This document shows positions 10,170 through 24,548 of a stretch of DNA of 64,000 nucleotides, one piece after another. The DNA lies in the NCBI RefSeq assembly GCF_000009045.1, contig NC_000964.3, forward strand, positions 620,001 through 684,000. Reading direction: 5' to 3'. A program made the translations under genes and the position numbers. Each line of letters starts with the position of its first letter. The stretch's first letter is position 1. A model generated the notes under the pieces. It worked only from the letters and a program-made list of their open reading frames with translations, made no database searches and was not told the DNA's origin. The DNA comes from Bacillus subtilis subsp. subtilis str. 168 (GTDB lineage Bacteria > Bacillota > Bacilli > Bacillales > Bacillaceae).

Positions 10170-10883
10170 ATGAATAAATACGAAATCATTGCAAATGAAA
10201 TGAGAAATAGAATTAAAAATAACGTATATCCGATCGATCAGCCCATTCCTGATGAAGTATCTCTTGCAAAAGAATTTAACTCAAGCCGCATGACGATGAA
10301 GAGAGCCTTGGATAATTTAGTTGCCGAGGGTCTGCTGTTTAGAAAACGAGGCCATGGCACGTTTATTATTCAATCTGCAATACAGGATGACCATGTCCAT
10401 GTAGTCAGCAATGAGATTCTCGGATTGACCAACTTGCTGAAAGATAAAAAAATCAAAAGCAAGGTCATTCAGTTTGAAGTGCAATTTCCCACTGAGGAAG
10501 TGGCCGCCCATTTGTCTATTGATCAGAAAACACCGGTTTATTATGTCGTTCGGCTGCGAATTGTAGAAGGTGAACCCTATGTATTAGAAAAAACATATAT
10601 GCCGACTCATTTAATACCGGGCATTAATGACGATGTCCTTCATGATTCGATCTACAATCATATTACAAATGTGCTGCAGCTCAAAATCGCCGGAACGCAT
10701 CGGAAAATCAGAGCCTGCAAATCTGATCATATTGACCAGCAGCATCTGGGCTGTAAACAGGATGATCCAATTCTTGAAGTGGAACATGTGGGCTTCTTAG
10801 ATACCGGGATTCCATTTGAATATTCCTTTTCACGTCATCGGCATGACAAGTTTGTTGTGACTTCTGTAAACATACGGCGCTGA
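10170..10883 (+). CDS. gmuR: GntR/HutC-family repressor
   Basis: Winged HTH (SRMTMKRALDNLVAEGLLFRKRGHGTF) plus UTRA domain; ATG at 10170 after GGAGG. Confidence 0.92.
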   Translation: MNKYEIIANEMRNRIKNNVYPIDQPIPDEVSLAKEFNSSRMTMKRALDNLVAEGLLFRKRGHGTFIIQSAIQDDHVHVVSNEILGLTNLLKDKKIKSKVIQFEVQFPTEEVAAHLSIDQKTPVYYVVRLRIVEGEPYVLEKTYMPTHLIPGINDDVLHDSIYNHITNVLQLKIAGTHRKIRACKSDHIDQQHLGCKQDDPILEVEHVGFLDTGIPFEYSFSRHRHDKFVVTSVNIRR

Positions 10884-10911
10884 TTGCGGAGACAACAAGG
10901 AGGCCATCTGC

Positions 10912-11811
10912 ATGCTTGGCGGTATTGAAGCAGGCGGCACAAAGTTTGTTTGTGCTGTCGGTAGAGAAGATGGAACGATCATTGACAGGATAGAATTCCC
11001 CACAAAGATGCCGGATGAAACGATAGAGAAAGTAATTCAATATTTTAGCCAATTTTCATTACAGGCAATCGGCATCGGCTCCTTTGGTCCCGTTGATAAC
11101 GATAAAACCAGTCAAACATACGGTACCATTACGGCCACGCCGAAAGCGGGCTGGAGACACTATCCCTTTTTGCAAACCGTTAAGAACGAAATGAAGATCC
11201 CAGTCGGATTTAGTACAGATGTCAACGCTGCGGCGCTGGGTGAATTCCTTTTCGGTGAAGCGAAGGGTCTTGACAGCTGCCTGTATATAACGATTGGCAC
11301 TGGCATCGGAGCGGGGGCTATTGTAGAGGGGAGGCTCCTTCAGGGGCTGTCACACCCAGAGATGGGCCATATTTATATCCGGAGGCACCCGGATGACGTA
11401 TACCAAGGGAAGTGCCCTTATCATGGAGATTGCTTTGAAGGCTTAGCTTCAGGCCCCGCTATCGAAGCCCGCTGGGGGAAAAAAGCCGCGGATTTATCAG
11501 ATATAGCACAAGTCTGGGAACTGGAAGGGTACTATATTGCCCAAGCACTGGCTCAGTATATTTTGATCCTTGCACCTAAAAAAATCATTCTTGGCGGCGG
11601 CGTCATGCAACAGAAACAAGTGTTTTCTTATATCTATCAATATGTACCAAAAATCATGAACAGCTACTTAGATTTTTCTGAATTATCAGATGATATAAGT
11701 GATTATATTGTACCTCCACGTTTAGGCAGTAACGCCGGAATCATCGGCACGCTAGTTTTAGCGCATCAGGCCTTACAAGCAGAGGCAGCATCCGGGGAGG
11801 TGCGATCATGA
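10912..11811 (+). CDS. gmuE: ROK-family fructokinase
   Basis: GIEAGGTK, TDVNAAALGE and EMGH...CPYHGDCFEG motifs. Confidence 0.93.
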   Translation: MLGGIEAGGTKFVCAVGREDGTIIDRIEFPTKMPDETIEKVIQYFSQFSLQAIGIGSFGPVDNDKTSQTYGTITATPKAGWRHYPFLQTVKNEMKIPVGFSTDVNAAALGEFLFGEAKGLDSCLYITIGTGIGAGAIVEGRLLQGLSHPEMGHIYIRRHPDDVYQGKCPYHGDCFEGLASGPAIEARWGKKAADLSDIAQVWELEGYYIAQALAQYILILAPKKIILGGGVMQQKQVFSYIYQYVPKIMNSYLDFSELSDDISDYIVPPRLGSNAGIIGTLVLAHQALQAEAASGEVRS

Positions 11812-12755
11812 CGCATCCATTATTTTTAGAGCCTGTCTTTAAAGAAAGACTATGGGGAGGGACGAAGCTTCGTGACGCTTTTGGCTACGCAATACCCTCA
11901 CAAAAAACAGGTGAGTGCTGGGCCGTTTCTGCACATGCCCATGGCTCGTCGTCTGTAAAAAATGGCCCGCTGGCAGGAAAGACACTTGATCAAGTATGGA
12001 AAGATCATCCAGAGATATTCGGGTTTCCGGATGGTAAGGTGTTTCCGCTGCTGGTAAAGCTGCTGGACGCCAATATGGATCTCTCCGTGCAAGTCCATCC
12101 TGATGATGATTATGCAAAACTGCACGAAAATGGCGACCTTGGTAAAACGGAGTGCTGGTATATCATTGATTGCAAAGATGACGCCGAACTAATTTTGGGA
12201 CATCATGCAAGCACAAAGGAAGAGTTCAAACAACGAATAGAAAGCGGTGATTGGAACGGGCTGCTGAGGCGAATCAAAATCAAGCCAGGAGATTTCTTTT
12301 ATGTGCCAAGCGGTACACTCCATGCTTTATGTAAGGGAACCCTTGTCCTTGAAATCCAGCAAAACTCTGATACAACATATCGCGTATACGATTATGACCG
12401 CTGTAATGACCAGGGCCAAAAAAGAACTCTTCATATAGAAAAAGCCATGGAAGTCATAACGATACCGCATATCGATAAAGTGCATACACCGGAAGTAAAA
12501 GAAGTTGGTAACGCTGAGATCATTGTTTATGTGCAATCAGATTATTTCTCAGTGTACAAATGGAAGATTAGCGGCCGAGCTGCTTTTCCTTCATATCAAA
12601 CCTATTTGCTGGGGAGTGTTCTGAGCGGATCAGGACGAATCATAAATAATGGTATTCAGTATGAATGCAATGCAGGCTCACACTTTATTCTGCCTGCGCA
12701 TTTTGGAGAATTTACAATAGAAGGAACATGTGAATTCATGATATCTCATCCTTAA
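11808..12755 (+). CDS. gmuF: mannose-6-phosphate isomerase (type I)
   Basis: LSVQVHPDD, KTECW and GTLHA motifs. Confidence 0.93.
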   Translation: MTHPLFLEPVFKERLWGGTKLRDAFGYAIPSQKTGECWAVSAHAHGSSSVKNGPLAGKTLDQVWKDHPEIFGFPDGKVFPLLVKLLDANMDLSVQVHPDDDYAKLHENGDLGKTECWYIIDCKDDAELILGHHASTKEEFKQRIESGDWNGLLRRIKIKPGDFFYVPSGTLHALCKGTLVLEIQQNSDTTYRVYDYDRCNDQGQKRTLHIEKAMEVITIPHIDKVHTPEVKEVGNAEIIVYVQSDYFSVYKWKISGRAAFPSYQTYLLGSVLSGSGRIINNGIQYECNAGSHFILPAHFGEFTIEGTCEFMISHP

Positions 12756-12773
12756 TGAATGGGGGAGTTGCAT

Positions 12774-13862
12774 TTGTTTAAGAAACATACGATCTCTTTG
12801 CTCATTATATTTTTACTTGCGTCTGCTGTTTTAGCAAAACCAATTGAAGCGCATACTGTGTCGCCTGTGAATCCTAATGCCCAGCAGACAACAAAAACAG
12901 TGATGAACTGGCTTGCGCACCTGCCGAACCGAACGGAAAACAGAGTCCTTTCCGGAGCGTTCGGAGGTTACAGCCATGACACATTTTCTATGGCTGAGGC
13001 TGATAGAATCCGAAGCGCCACCGGGCAATCGCCTGCTATTTATGGCTGCGATTATGCCAGAGGATGGCTTGAAACAGCAAATATTGAAGATTCAATAGAT
13101 GTAAGCTGCAACGGCGATTTAATGTCGTATTGGAAAAATGGCGGAATTCCGCAAATCAGTTTGCACCTGGCGAACCCTGCTTTTCAGTCAGGGCATTTTA
13201 AAACACCGATTACAAATGATCAGTATAAAAAAATACTAGATTCTTCAACAGTAGAAGGAAAGCGGCTAAATGCCATGCTCAGCAAAATTGCTGACGGACT
13301 TCAAGAGTTGGAGAACCAAGGTGTGCCTGTTCTGTTCAGGCCGCTGCATGAAATGAACGGCGAATGGTTTTGGTGGGGACTCACATCATATAACCAAAAG
13401 GATAATGAAAGAATCTCTCTATATAAACAGCTCTACAAGAAAATCTATCATTATATGACCGACACAAGAGGACTTGATCATTTGATTTGGGTTTACTCTC
13501 CCGACGCCAACCGAGATTTTAAAACTGATTTTTACCCGGGCGCGTCTTACGTGGATATTGTCGGATTAGATGCGTATTTTCAAGATGCCTACTCGATCAA
13601 TGGATACGATCAGCTAACAGCGCTTAATAAACCATTTGCTTTTACAGAAGTCGGCCCGCAAACAGCAAACGGCAGCTTCGATTACAGCCTGTTCATCAAT
13701 GCAATAAAACAAAAATATCCTAAAACCATTTACTTTCTGGCATGGAATGATGAATGGAGCGCAGCAGTAAACAAGGGTGCTTCAGCTTTATATCATGACA
13801 GCTGGACACTCAACAAGGGAGAAATATGGAATGGTGATTCTTTAACGCCAATCGTTGAGTGA
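12774..13862 (+). CDS. gmuG: GH26 endo-beta-mannanase, secreted
   Basis: Signal peptide; FRPLHEMNG..FWWG and FTEVG motifs; TTG at 12774 after GGGGAG. Confidence 0.95.
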   Translation: MFKKHTISLLIIFLLASAVLAKPIEAHTVSPVNPNAQQTTKTVMNWLAHLPNRTENRVLSGAFGGYSHDTFSMAEADRIRSATGQSPAIYGCDYARGWLETANIEDSIDVSCNGDLMSYWKNGGIPQISLHLANPAFQSGHFKTPITNDQYKKILDSSTVEGKRLNAMLSKIADGLQELENQGVPVLFRPLHEMNGEWFWWGLTSYNQKDNERISLYKQLYKKIYHYMTDTRGLDHLIWVYSPDANRDFKTDFYPGASYVDIVGLDAYFQDAYSINGYDQLTALNKPFAFTEVGPQTANGSFDYSLFINAIKQKYPKTIYFLAWNDEWSAAVNKGASALYHDSWTLNKGEIWNGDSLTPIVE

Positions 13863-13882
13863 ATCCGTAATGTCACAATTAA

Positions 13883-13914
13883 GAAGGTGCTCAAGAAGTT
13901 TCTTGAGCACCTTC
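13883..13914. terminator. long hairpin between convergent gmuG and ydhU
   Basis: GAAGGTGCTCAAGAA / TTCTTGAGCACCTTC perfect inverted repeat. Confidence 0.75.
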
Positions 13915-13922
13915 CCACTGGA

Positions 13923-14776
13923 TTAAGCATTCATATCGCCTAACCCAGGACTGTGTTCATTTGGTATTTCAGGAAGCACTGGTACGGGAAACCCTGCCGG
14001 AGGATCTATTACTTGTAACTCTCCGCCATTTCGGCTTGGAGATTTCCCTTGATAGATTTCACTGATTCTCGTTTCATCCAACCTAAAGTTAAAATGTGTA
14101 TTATGGTAGCCTAATTCGACATACTTTCTGCACTCAGGATATTTATTAATGTCATAATTCGGCACAGGGAGCAGCTTCGCCCATTCAACGCCCAATGTCT
14201 CGAGCGCTTTCGCGAATGCATTCTGGTGAGCATTGTCGCGTACAATCAGAAAAGCAAGTGTTTCGCGGAACGTCTGATTAGAGCTCATTTCATAAATTCT
14301 TGTTTTTTGCAGCACACCTGTCGACTCAAGAAGCAGGTTATCCAGCAGGTCAGTAATTAAGTTTCCGTGGTTATACACCCACGACCCGTTCCACGGATTG
14401 CCCCCTGCATCAACAGGAAGGGAACTTTGCGCTCCAATAATATAATGATGAGGATTAGCATGTTTAACCGCTTCATCAAGTGGCGCTTGATCTGTACCTT
14501 GACTGCCGACACCTTCACCGCCTGATTCATCTAATAAAGCATTGATTGTGTTTTGAACCAGTTCAACGTGGGCAATCTCCTCTAAAAAAATGCCGCGAAG
14601 CAGATCGCGGTACTGTTTCTGCTTTCCTCTGAAATTAGAGCTTTGGAAAAAAACTGCATCATTGTACGCATTTCTCCGTAATGACCGCCTAATATCTCCT
14701 GCAGGACCTTAGCAGCTGCCGGGTCTGGCTTGTCCGGTTTAATGATATTAATCAGTTCCTCTTTGTAGTAATACAT
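13923..14776 (-). pseudogene. ydhU: manganese catalase broken by one frameshift
   Basis: MYYYKEEL...GGHYGEMRTMMQ, then a 1-base shift at the A7 run 14647-14653, then FQSSNFRG...LEEIAHVELV...GNPWNG, continuing in frame into ORF 13923-14378 (RDNAHQ). Confidence 0.9.
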
Positions 14777-14895
14777 AACACGCCTCATTTCTTCTTAAGA
14801 GATTTTCTTATATTATTTGTAAGATGAGATAAAATATATACATGATAAGCATGGGAAGGCGTGAAAGAAGAAAATAAAAAAATACAGGAAAAGTG

Positions 14896-15091
14896 TTGAC
14901 CAAATAAAACAGGCATGGTATATTATTAAACGTCGCTGATGAACAGCGTGAAACAAAACAGAAAAACAAAAAAGTTTTCCTAAGGTGTTTACAAGATTTT
15001 AAAAATGTGTATAATAAGAAAAGTCGAATTGAAAAAGATTCGAAAAAACATTAAAAAACTTCTTGACTTCAACATCAAATGATAGTATGAT
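14896..15091 (+). promoter_or_regulatory. three tandem SigA promoters of rrnE
   Basis: TTGACC-17-TATATT (14896-14924), TTTACA-16-TATAAT (14988-15015), TTGACT-17-TATGAT (15063-15091), each with A-rich upstream sequence. Confidence 0.8.
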
Positions 15092-15109
15092 AGTTAAGTC
15101 GCTCAATAA

Positions 15110-15186
15110 GCGCCCGTAGCTCAATTGGATAGAGCGTTTGACTACGGATCAAAAGGTTAGGGGTTCGACTCCTCTCGGGCGCGCCA
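15110..15186 (+). tRNA. trnE-Arg: tRNA-Arg(ACG)
   Basis: 77-nt cloverleaf, anticodon loop CT-ACG-GA, GTTCGA T-loop, encoded CCA. Confidence 0.95.
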
Positions 15187-15199
15187 TATAAGATACCAC

Positions 15200-15273
15200 G
15201 CGGGTGTAGTTTAGTGGTAAAACCTCAGCCTTCCAAGCTGATGTCGTGAGTTCGATTCTCATCACCCGCTCCA
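15200..15273 (+). tRNA. trnE-Gly: tRNA-Gly(TCC)
   Basis: 74-nt cloverleaf, anticodon loop CT-TCC-AA, encoded CCA. Confidence 0.95.
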
Positions 15274-15433
15274 TTATTGAATGATCTTTGAAAACTAAAC
15301 AAGACAAAACGTACCTGTTAATTCAGTTTTTGAAAATCGCACAGCGATGTGCGTAGTCAGTCAAACTAGGGCCTGCACGATGCAGGTCACACAGGTGTCA
15401 CCGCGGGATGCGGTGGACTTAACCTGTGATCCA

Positions 15434-16994
<1,561 letters not shown>

Positions 16995-17154
16995 TATACG
17001 GAATATAAGACCTTGGGTCTTATAAACAGAACGTTCCCTGTCTTGTTTAGTTTTGAAGGATCATTCCTTCGAAACGTGTTCTTTGAAAACTAGATAACAG
17101 TAGACATCACATTCAATTAGTAATACAAGATATCACATAGTGATTCTTTTTAAC

Positions 17155-20082
<2,928 letters not shown>

Positions 20083-20137
20083 ATTTTTGAATGATGTCAC
20101 ACCTGTTATCTAGTTTTGAGAGAACACTCTCAATTTG

Positions 20138-20253
20138 TTTGGTGGCGATAGCGAAGAGGTCACACCCGTTCCCATACCGAACACGGAAGTTAAGCTCTTC
20201 AGCGCCGATGGTAGTCGGGGGTTTCCCCCTGTGAGAGTAGGACGCCGCCAAGC
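20138..20253 (+). rRNA. rrnE-5S: 5S rRNA
   Basis: TTTGGTGGCGATAGCGAAGAGG...CCGAACACGGAAGTTAAG...CCGCCAAGC. Confidence 0.97.
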
Positions 20254-20267
20254 ATTACTTTTATCAT

Positions 20268-20345
<78 letters not shown>

Positions 20346-20404
20346 ATATATGGTTAAATAAGGAGTGCCCTAAGGGTGCAACCAAAATAATCCTATACAA
20401 ATAT

Positions 20405-20481
20405 GGTCCGGTAGTTCAGTTGGTTAGAATGCCTGCCTGTCACGCAGGAGGTCGCGGGTTCGAGTCCCGTCCGGACCGCCA
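20405..20481 (+). tRNA. trnE-Asp: tRNA-Asp(GTC)
   Basis: 77-nt cloverleaf, anticodon loop CT-GTC-AC, encoded CCA. Confidence 0.95.
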
Positions 20482-20488
20482 TTAATGT

Positions 20489-20518
20489 AAACGAAACGAT
20501 CATGTTTTCGTTTTTTTT
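20489..20518 (+). terminator. rrnE terminator
   Basis: AAACGAAAC...GTTTTCGTTT plus T tract. Confidence 0.6.
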
Positions 20519-20661
20519 GTGTTTTCTTTTACTGTATCTTCTGCTTGGTGTCATAGCCAAGCTTTCTTTATATCGGGAACATCTTGGATATTCCAGCAAA
20601 ATTCGATAAACTAGGAAGAGCACAAATAGGCATAAGCAGGGTTGAAAGGAGGTTTTGGTTC

Positions 20662-21639
20662 ATGGATGAATTTGATTTGATACATAGCATTACTCCGCGG
20701 ACCATTCACCATTCTTCCGTTGATGTAGGAATAGGTGATGATGCAGCGCTCTACACTGCGAAACACGGCGTTCAGGAAATTGTTTGTGTTGATACTATGG
20801 TAGAAGACGTGCACTTCAAATTACACTATTCCTCACCTGAAGATATCGGGTACAAGGCGTTAGCCGTTAATATAAGTGATATTGCCGCGATGGGAGGCAT
20901 TCCTAAGTTTTATCTGGTATCACTTGCGGTACCTTCAAAATGGACTGAATCTGAAATCAAGGCGATGTATGAAGGAATGAATGAACTGGCGAAACTATAT
21001 CATATGGATCTGATTGGCGGCGATACAGTTTCTACCGCTGACAAATTAGTCGTTACAGTCACTGTAATCGGTGAAATTGAAAAGGGACAGGCCTGTTTGC
21101 GCAGCTTGGCAAAACCGAATGATATTGTGTTTGTAACCGGTGAAATCGGTTCTTCTGCAGCAGGGCTTTCTTTATTGCTGGAAGAGACTAATCCTCAAAA
21201 CTCATCTGTGGAAACGGATTACTTTATCCACAGGCATAAACGGCCTGAGCCAAGAGTAAGCGTCGGCAGATTATGCTCGATTTTTAAACGGGCAGCTTTA
21301 AATGATGTTAGTGACGGATTGGCTAGTGAACTGAACGAGATTGCAGAAGCCAGCTGTGTTTCAATTGAAATTGTTGAAAGCATGCTTCCAATTCATTCTG
21401 ATTTGCCTAAGCTTCATCCTAACTGGAAAGAATGGGCTTTGTTTGGCGGTGAGGATTTTGAGCTGACAGGGACGGTTTCAAATGAGGAGTGGGAAGTGTT
21501 GAAGCAGGAGTGCGCAGCGCTTCATCTTCCCATTACAAAGATTGGCTATGTCAGGGAAAAAACAAAATCTAAAGTGATCCTAAAAACAGATCAAACATCA
21601 ATGATCTTAGAGAAAAAGGGATATAATCATTTTAAATAA
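20662..21639 (+). CDS. thiL: thiamine-monophosphate kinase
   Basis: GIGDDAA, DIAAMGG, GGDT and DVSDGL motifs; ATG at 20662 after AAAGGAGG. Confidence 0.95.
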   Translation: MDEFDLIHSITPRTIHHSSVDVGIGDDAALYTAKHGVQEIVCVDTMVEDVHFKLHYSSPEDIGYKALAVNISDIAAMGGIPKFYLVSLAVPSKWTESEIKAMYEGMNELAKLYHMDLIGGDTVSTADKLVVTVTVIGEIEKGQACLRSLAKPNDIVFVTGEIGSSAAGLSLLLEETNPQNSSVETDYFIHRHKRPEPRVSVGRLCSIFKRAALNDVSDGLASELNEIAEASCVSIEIVESMLPIHSDLPKLHPNWKEWALFGGEDFELTGTVSNEEWEVLKQECAALHLPITKIGYVREKTKSKVILKTDQTSMILEKKGYNHFK

Positions 21640-21653
21640 GACGGGTGACTCGT

Positions 21654-22130
21654 GTGAAGCAATTAAAATGGAGAACTGTAAATCCAGAAGAAACAAAAGC
21701 AATTGCCAAGCTGACGGCAGCGTTTGCTAAACCGGGAGACGTCCTGACATTAGAGGGCGATTTAGGTGCAGGAAAAACGACTTTTACGAAAGGTTTTGCA
21801 GAAGGGCTGGGAATTACACGTATTGTAAACAGTCCGACTTTTACAATTATAAAAGAATATAACGATGGCGTACTTCCTCTTTATCACATGGATGTGTATA
21901 GAATGGAAGATGAAAGTGAAGATTTGGGACTTGATGAATATTTTCACGGACAAGGTGTCTGTCTCGTTGAATGGGCTCATTTAATTGAAGAACAGCTGCC
22001 ACAGGAGCGACTGCAAATTGTCATCAAAAGAGCTGGTGATGATGAGCGGGAAATTACCTTTACTGCTGTCGGGAATCGGTATGAAATGCTTTGTGAGGAG
22101 TTAAGTAGACATGACAATATTAGCAATTGA
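21654..22130 (+). CDS. tsaE: t6A biosynthesis ATPase
   Basis: GDLGAGKTT P-loop, SPTF, YHMDVYR and VEW motifs. Confidence 0.95.
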   Translation: MKQLKWRTVNPEETKAIAKLTAAFAKPGDVLTLEGDLGAGKTTFTKGFAEGLGITRIVNSPTFTIIKEYNDGVLPLYHMDVYRMEDESEDLGLDEYFHGQGVCLVEWAHLIEEQLPQERLQIVIKRAGDDEREITFTAVGNRYEMLCEELSRHDNISN

Positions 22131-22800
22131 TACATCAAATTATACATTGGGCATTGCGCTGCTTCGAGAAGACACTGTTATAGCAGAATACATTACATAT
22201 TTGAAAAAGAACCACTCTGTAAGAGCGATGCCTGCTGTTCATTCATTGCTGAATGATTGTGATATGGCACCGCAGGACCTTTCTAAAATTGTCGTTGCAA
22301 AAGGCCCTGGTTCATACACAGGAGTAAGAATAGGTGTGACGTTGGCCAAAACACTTGCCTGGTCTTTAGACATTCCAATAAGTGCTGTATCAAGTCTTGA
22401 GACGCTTGCGGCAAATGGCCGGCATTTTGACGGTCTGATCAGCCCAATCTTTGATGCTAGACGGGGACAGGTGTACACAGGTCTGTATCAATATAAAAAT
22501 GGGCTTTTAGAGCAAGTTGTTCCAGATCAAAATGTGATGCTGGCAGATTGGCTGGAGATGCTAAAAGAAAAGGACCGCCCTGTTTTGTTTTTAGGCCATG
22601 ATACTTCTCTTCACAAGCAGATGATCGAGGATGTGCTTGGAACAAAAGGATTCATTGGAACTGCCGCCCAGCATAACCCGCGCCCTTCAGAATTGGCTTT
22701 TCTCGGGAAGGAAAAGGAAGCAGCTGATGTTCATGGGCTTGTCCCGGATTACTTGCGGCTGGCAGAAGCTGAAGCGAAATGGATTGAAAGTCAAAAGTAG
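22111..22800 (+). CDS. tsaB: t6A biosynthesis protein
   Basis: LAIDTS, GPGSYTGVRIG and DARRGQVY motifs. Confidence 0.95.
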   Translation: MTILAIDTSNYTLGIALLREDTVIAEYITYLKKNHSVRAMPAVHSLLNDCDMAPQDLSKIVVAKGPGSYTGVRIGVTLAKTLAWSLDIPISAVSSLETLAANGRHFDGLISPIFDARRGQVYTGLYQYKNGLLEQVVPDQNVMLADWLEMLKEKDRPVLFLGHDTSLHKQMIEDVLGTKGFIGTAAQHNPRPSELAFLGKEKEAADVHGLVPDYLRLAEAEAKWIESQK

Positions 22801-22809
22801 GGTGATAGG

Positions 22810-23265
22810 ATGAAAACAAAAGCAGCGGTCAGAAATATGCGGCTTGAAGATATAGATCACGTATACGAAATCGAAGCATCCTCCTTTACGTCTCCTTGGA
22901 CGAAGGATTCGTTTTATCATGAGCTGCTGGAAAATCCGTATGCTCATTATCTCGTGATTGAAAAGGACGGCCATCTTGCTGGGTATTGCGGGATTTGGAT
23001 TGTGATGGACGATGCCCAGATTACAAATATAGCGATAAAACCAGAGTATCGCGGCCAGTCTTTAGGAGAAACGCTTTTTCGCTCAGCTGTTGAACTGTGC
23101 AAAGAAAAAGACGCAAGGCGGCTTTCGCTTGAAGTGAGGGTTTCGAATCATCCTGCTCAAGGCTTATATAAGAAATTCGGGATGCAGCCCGGCGGAATAA
23201 GAAAGAACTATTATACTGATAACGGGGAAGATGCGTTAATTATGTGGGTGACGATAAATGAGTGA
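22810..23265 (+). CDS. rimI: RimI-like N-acetyltransferase
   Basis: [20 protein letters not shown] and RKNYY..GEDA motifs. Confidence 0.92.
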   Translation: MKTKAAVRNMRLEDIDHVYEIEASSFTSPWTKDSFYHELLENPYAHYLVIEKDGHLAGYCGIWIVMDDAQITNIAIKPEYRGQSLGETLFRSAVELCKEKDARRLSLEVRVSNHPAQGLYKKFGMQPGGIRKNYYTDNGEDALIMWVTINE

Positions 23266-24298
23266 GCAAAAAGACATGTACGTATTAGGAATTGAAACAA
23301 GCTGTGATGAGACTGCTGCAGCTATTGTGAAAAACGGGAAAGAGATCATTTCAAACGTAGTAGCCTCTCAAATTGAAAGCCATAAGCGCTTCGGAGGCGT
23401 TGTTCCGGAAATTGCTTCAAGACATCATGTTGAACAAATCACTTTGGTTATAGAAGAGGCGTTTCGCAAAGCTGGCATGACGTATAGTGATATTGATGCG
23501 ATTGCAGTAACAGAAGGTCCGGGACTGGTGGGAGCGCTTCTTATCGGAGTGAATGCCGCTAAAGCATTGAGCTTTGCATATAACATTCCGTTAGTAGGCG
23601 TTCATCATATAGCCGGTCATATATACGCGAACCGTCTTGTAGAAGACATCGTGTTCCCGGCACTGGCATTGGTCGTTTCAGGAGGCCATACAGAACTGGT
23701 TTATATGAAGGAACATGGATCATTTGAAGTCATTGGGGAAACCCTTGATGATGCGGCAGGAGAAGCCTACGACAAAGTGGCGCGGACGATGGGATTGCCA
23801 TATCCGGGTGGACCGCAAATTGACAAGCTAGCTGAAAAAGGGAATGACAATATTCCGCTTCCTCGCGCATGGCTTGAAGAAGGCTCTTACAACTTCAGCT
23901 TTAGCGGATTGAAGTCTGCGGTGATCAATACGCTTCATAATGCATCCCAAAAAGGGCAAGAGATTGCTCCGGAAGATTTGTCTGCCAGTTTCCAAAATAG
24001 TGTGATCGATGTCTTGGTAACCAAAACGGCGCGCGCGGCAAAGGAATATGATGTCAAACAGGTCCTTTTAGCCGGAGGAGTAGCTGCAAACAGAGGCCTC
24101 AGAGCTGCATTAGAAAAGGAATTTGCCCAGCATGAAGGGATTACGCTTGTCATTCCTCCATTAGCTTTATGCACGGATAATGCTGCGATGATTGCTGCTG
24201 CTGGTACAATTGCTTTTGAAAAAGGAATTCGCGGTGCATATGATATGAATGGCCAGCCCGGCCTTGAATTGACTTCTTATCAAAGTCTCACGAGATAA
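23258..24298 (+). CDS. tsaD: t6A N6-threonylcarbamoyltransferase
   Basis: [20 protein letters not shown] and DNAAMIA motifs. Confidence 0.97.
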   Translation: MSEQKDMYVLGIETSCDETAAAIVKNGKEIISNVVASQIESHKRFGGVVPEIASRHHVEQITLVIEEAFRKAGMTYSDIDAIAVTEGPGLVGALLIGVNAAKALSFAYNIPLVGVHHIAGHIYANRLVEDIVFPALALVVSGGHTELVYMKEHGSFEVIGETLDDAAGEAYDKVARTMGLPYPGGPQIDKLAEKGNDNIPLPRAWLEEGSYNFSFSGLKSAVINTLHNASQKGQEIAPEDLSASFQNSVIDVLVTKTARAAKEYDVKQVLLAGGVAANRGLRAALEKEFAQHEGITLVIPPLALCTDNAAMIAAAGTIAFEKGIRGAYDMNGQPGLELTSYQSLTR

Positions 24299-24314
24299 TA
24301 GCGTGAGACTTTTT
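24284..24314 (+). terminator. terminator after tsaD
   Basis: AGTCTCACG-N9-CGTGAGACT plus TTTT. Confidence 0.75.
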
Positions 24315-24345
24315 ATCTGTTTGTTATTAACAGACAATTCACAAT

Positions 24346-24548
24346 TTATCCACATATCTGTGAGTAATTATAGAGATATTGATGGATAAAGGGCTGAGGT
24401 CACTGTTAATAAAGTGGATAAATTCAGAATATTTTGTGGATAGTGTGTATAAAGCGCTTACTTTGTTTATTTATTAGGGGATGTTCTGTGGATAAAAAGC
24501 ACCTCTAAAAAGAGGTGCTTGACTTTTTTAATCTTCTTCTGTGGATAG
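24346..24548. promoter_or_regulatory. DnaA-box cluster
   Basis: TTATCCACA 24346-24354; AGTGGATAA 24413-24421; TGTGGATAG 24435-24443; TGTGTATAA 24444-24452; TGTGGATAA 24487-24495; TGTGGATAG 24540-24548. Confidence 0.9.

Noticed and set aside
17003-17025. TATAAGACC/GGTCTTATA hairpin in the 16S-23S spacer
   Set aside because: Ordinary feature of B. subtilis rrn spacers
20393-20623. 76-aa minus-strand ORF
   Set aside because: It is the antisense of tRNA-Asp and the rrnE terminator
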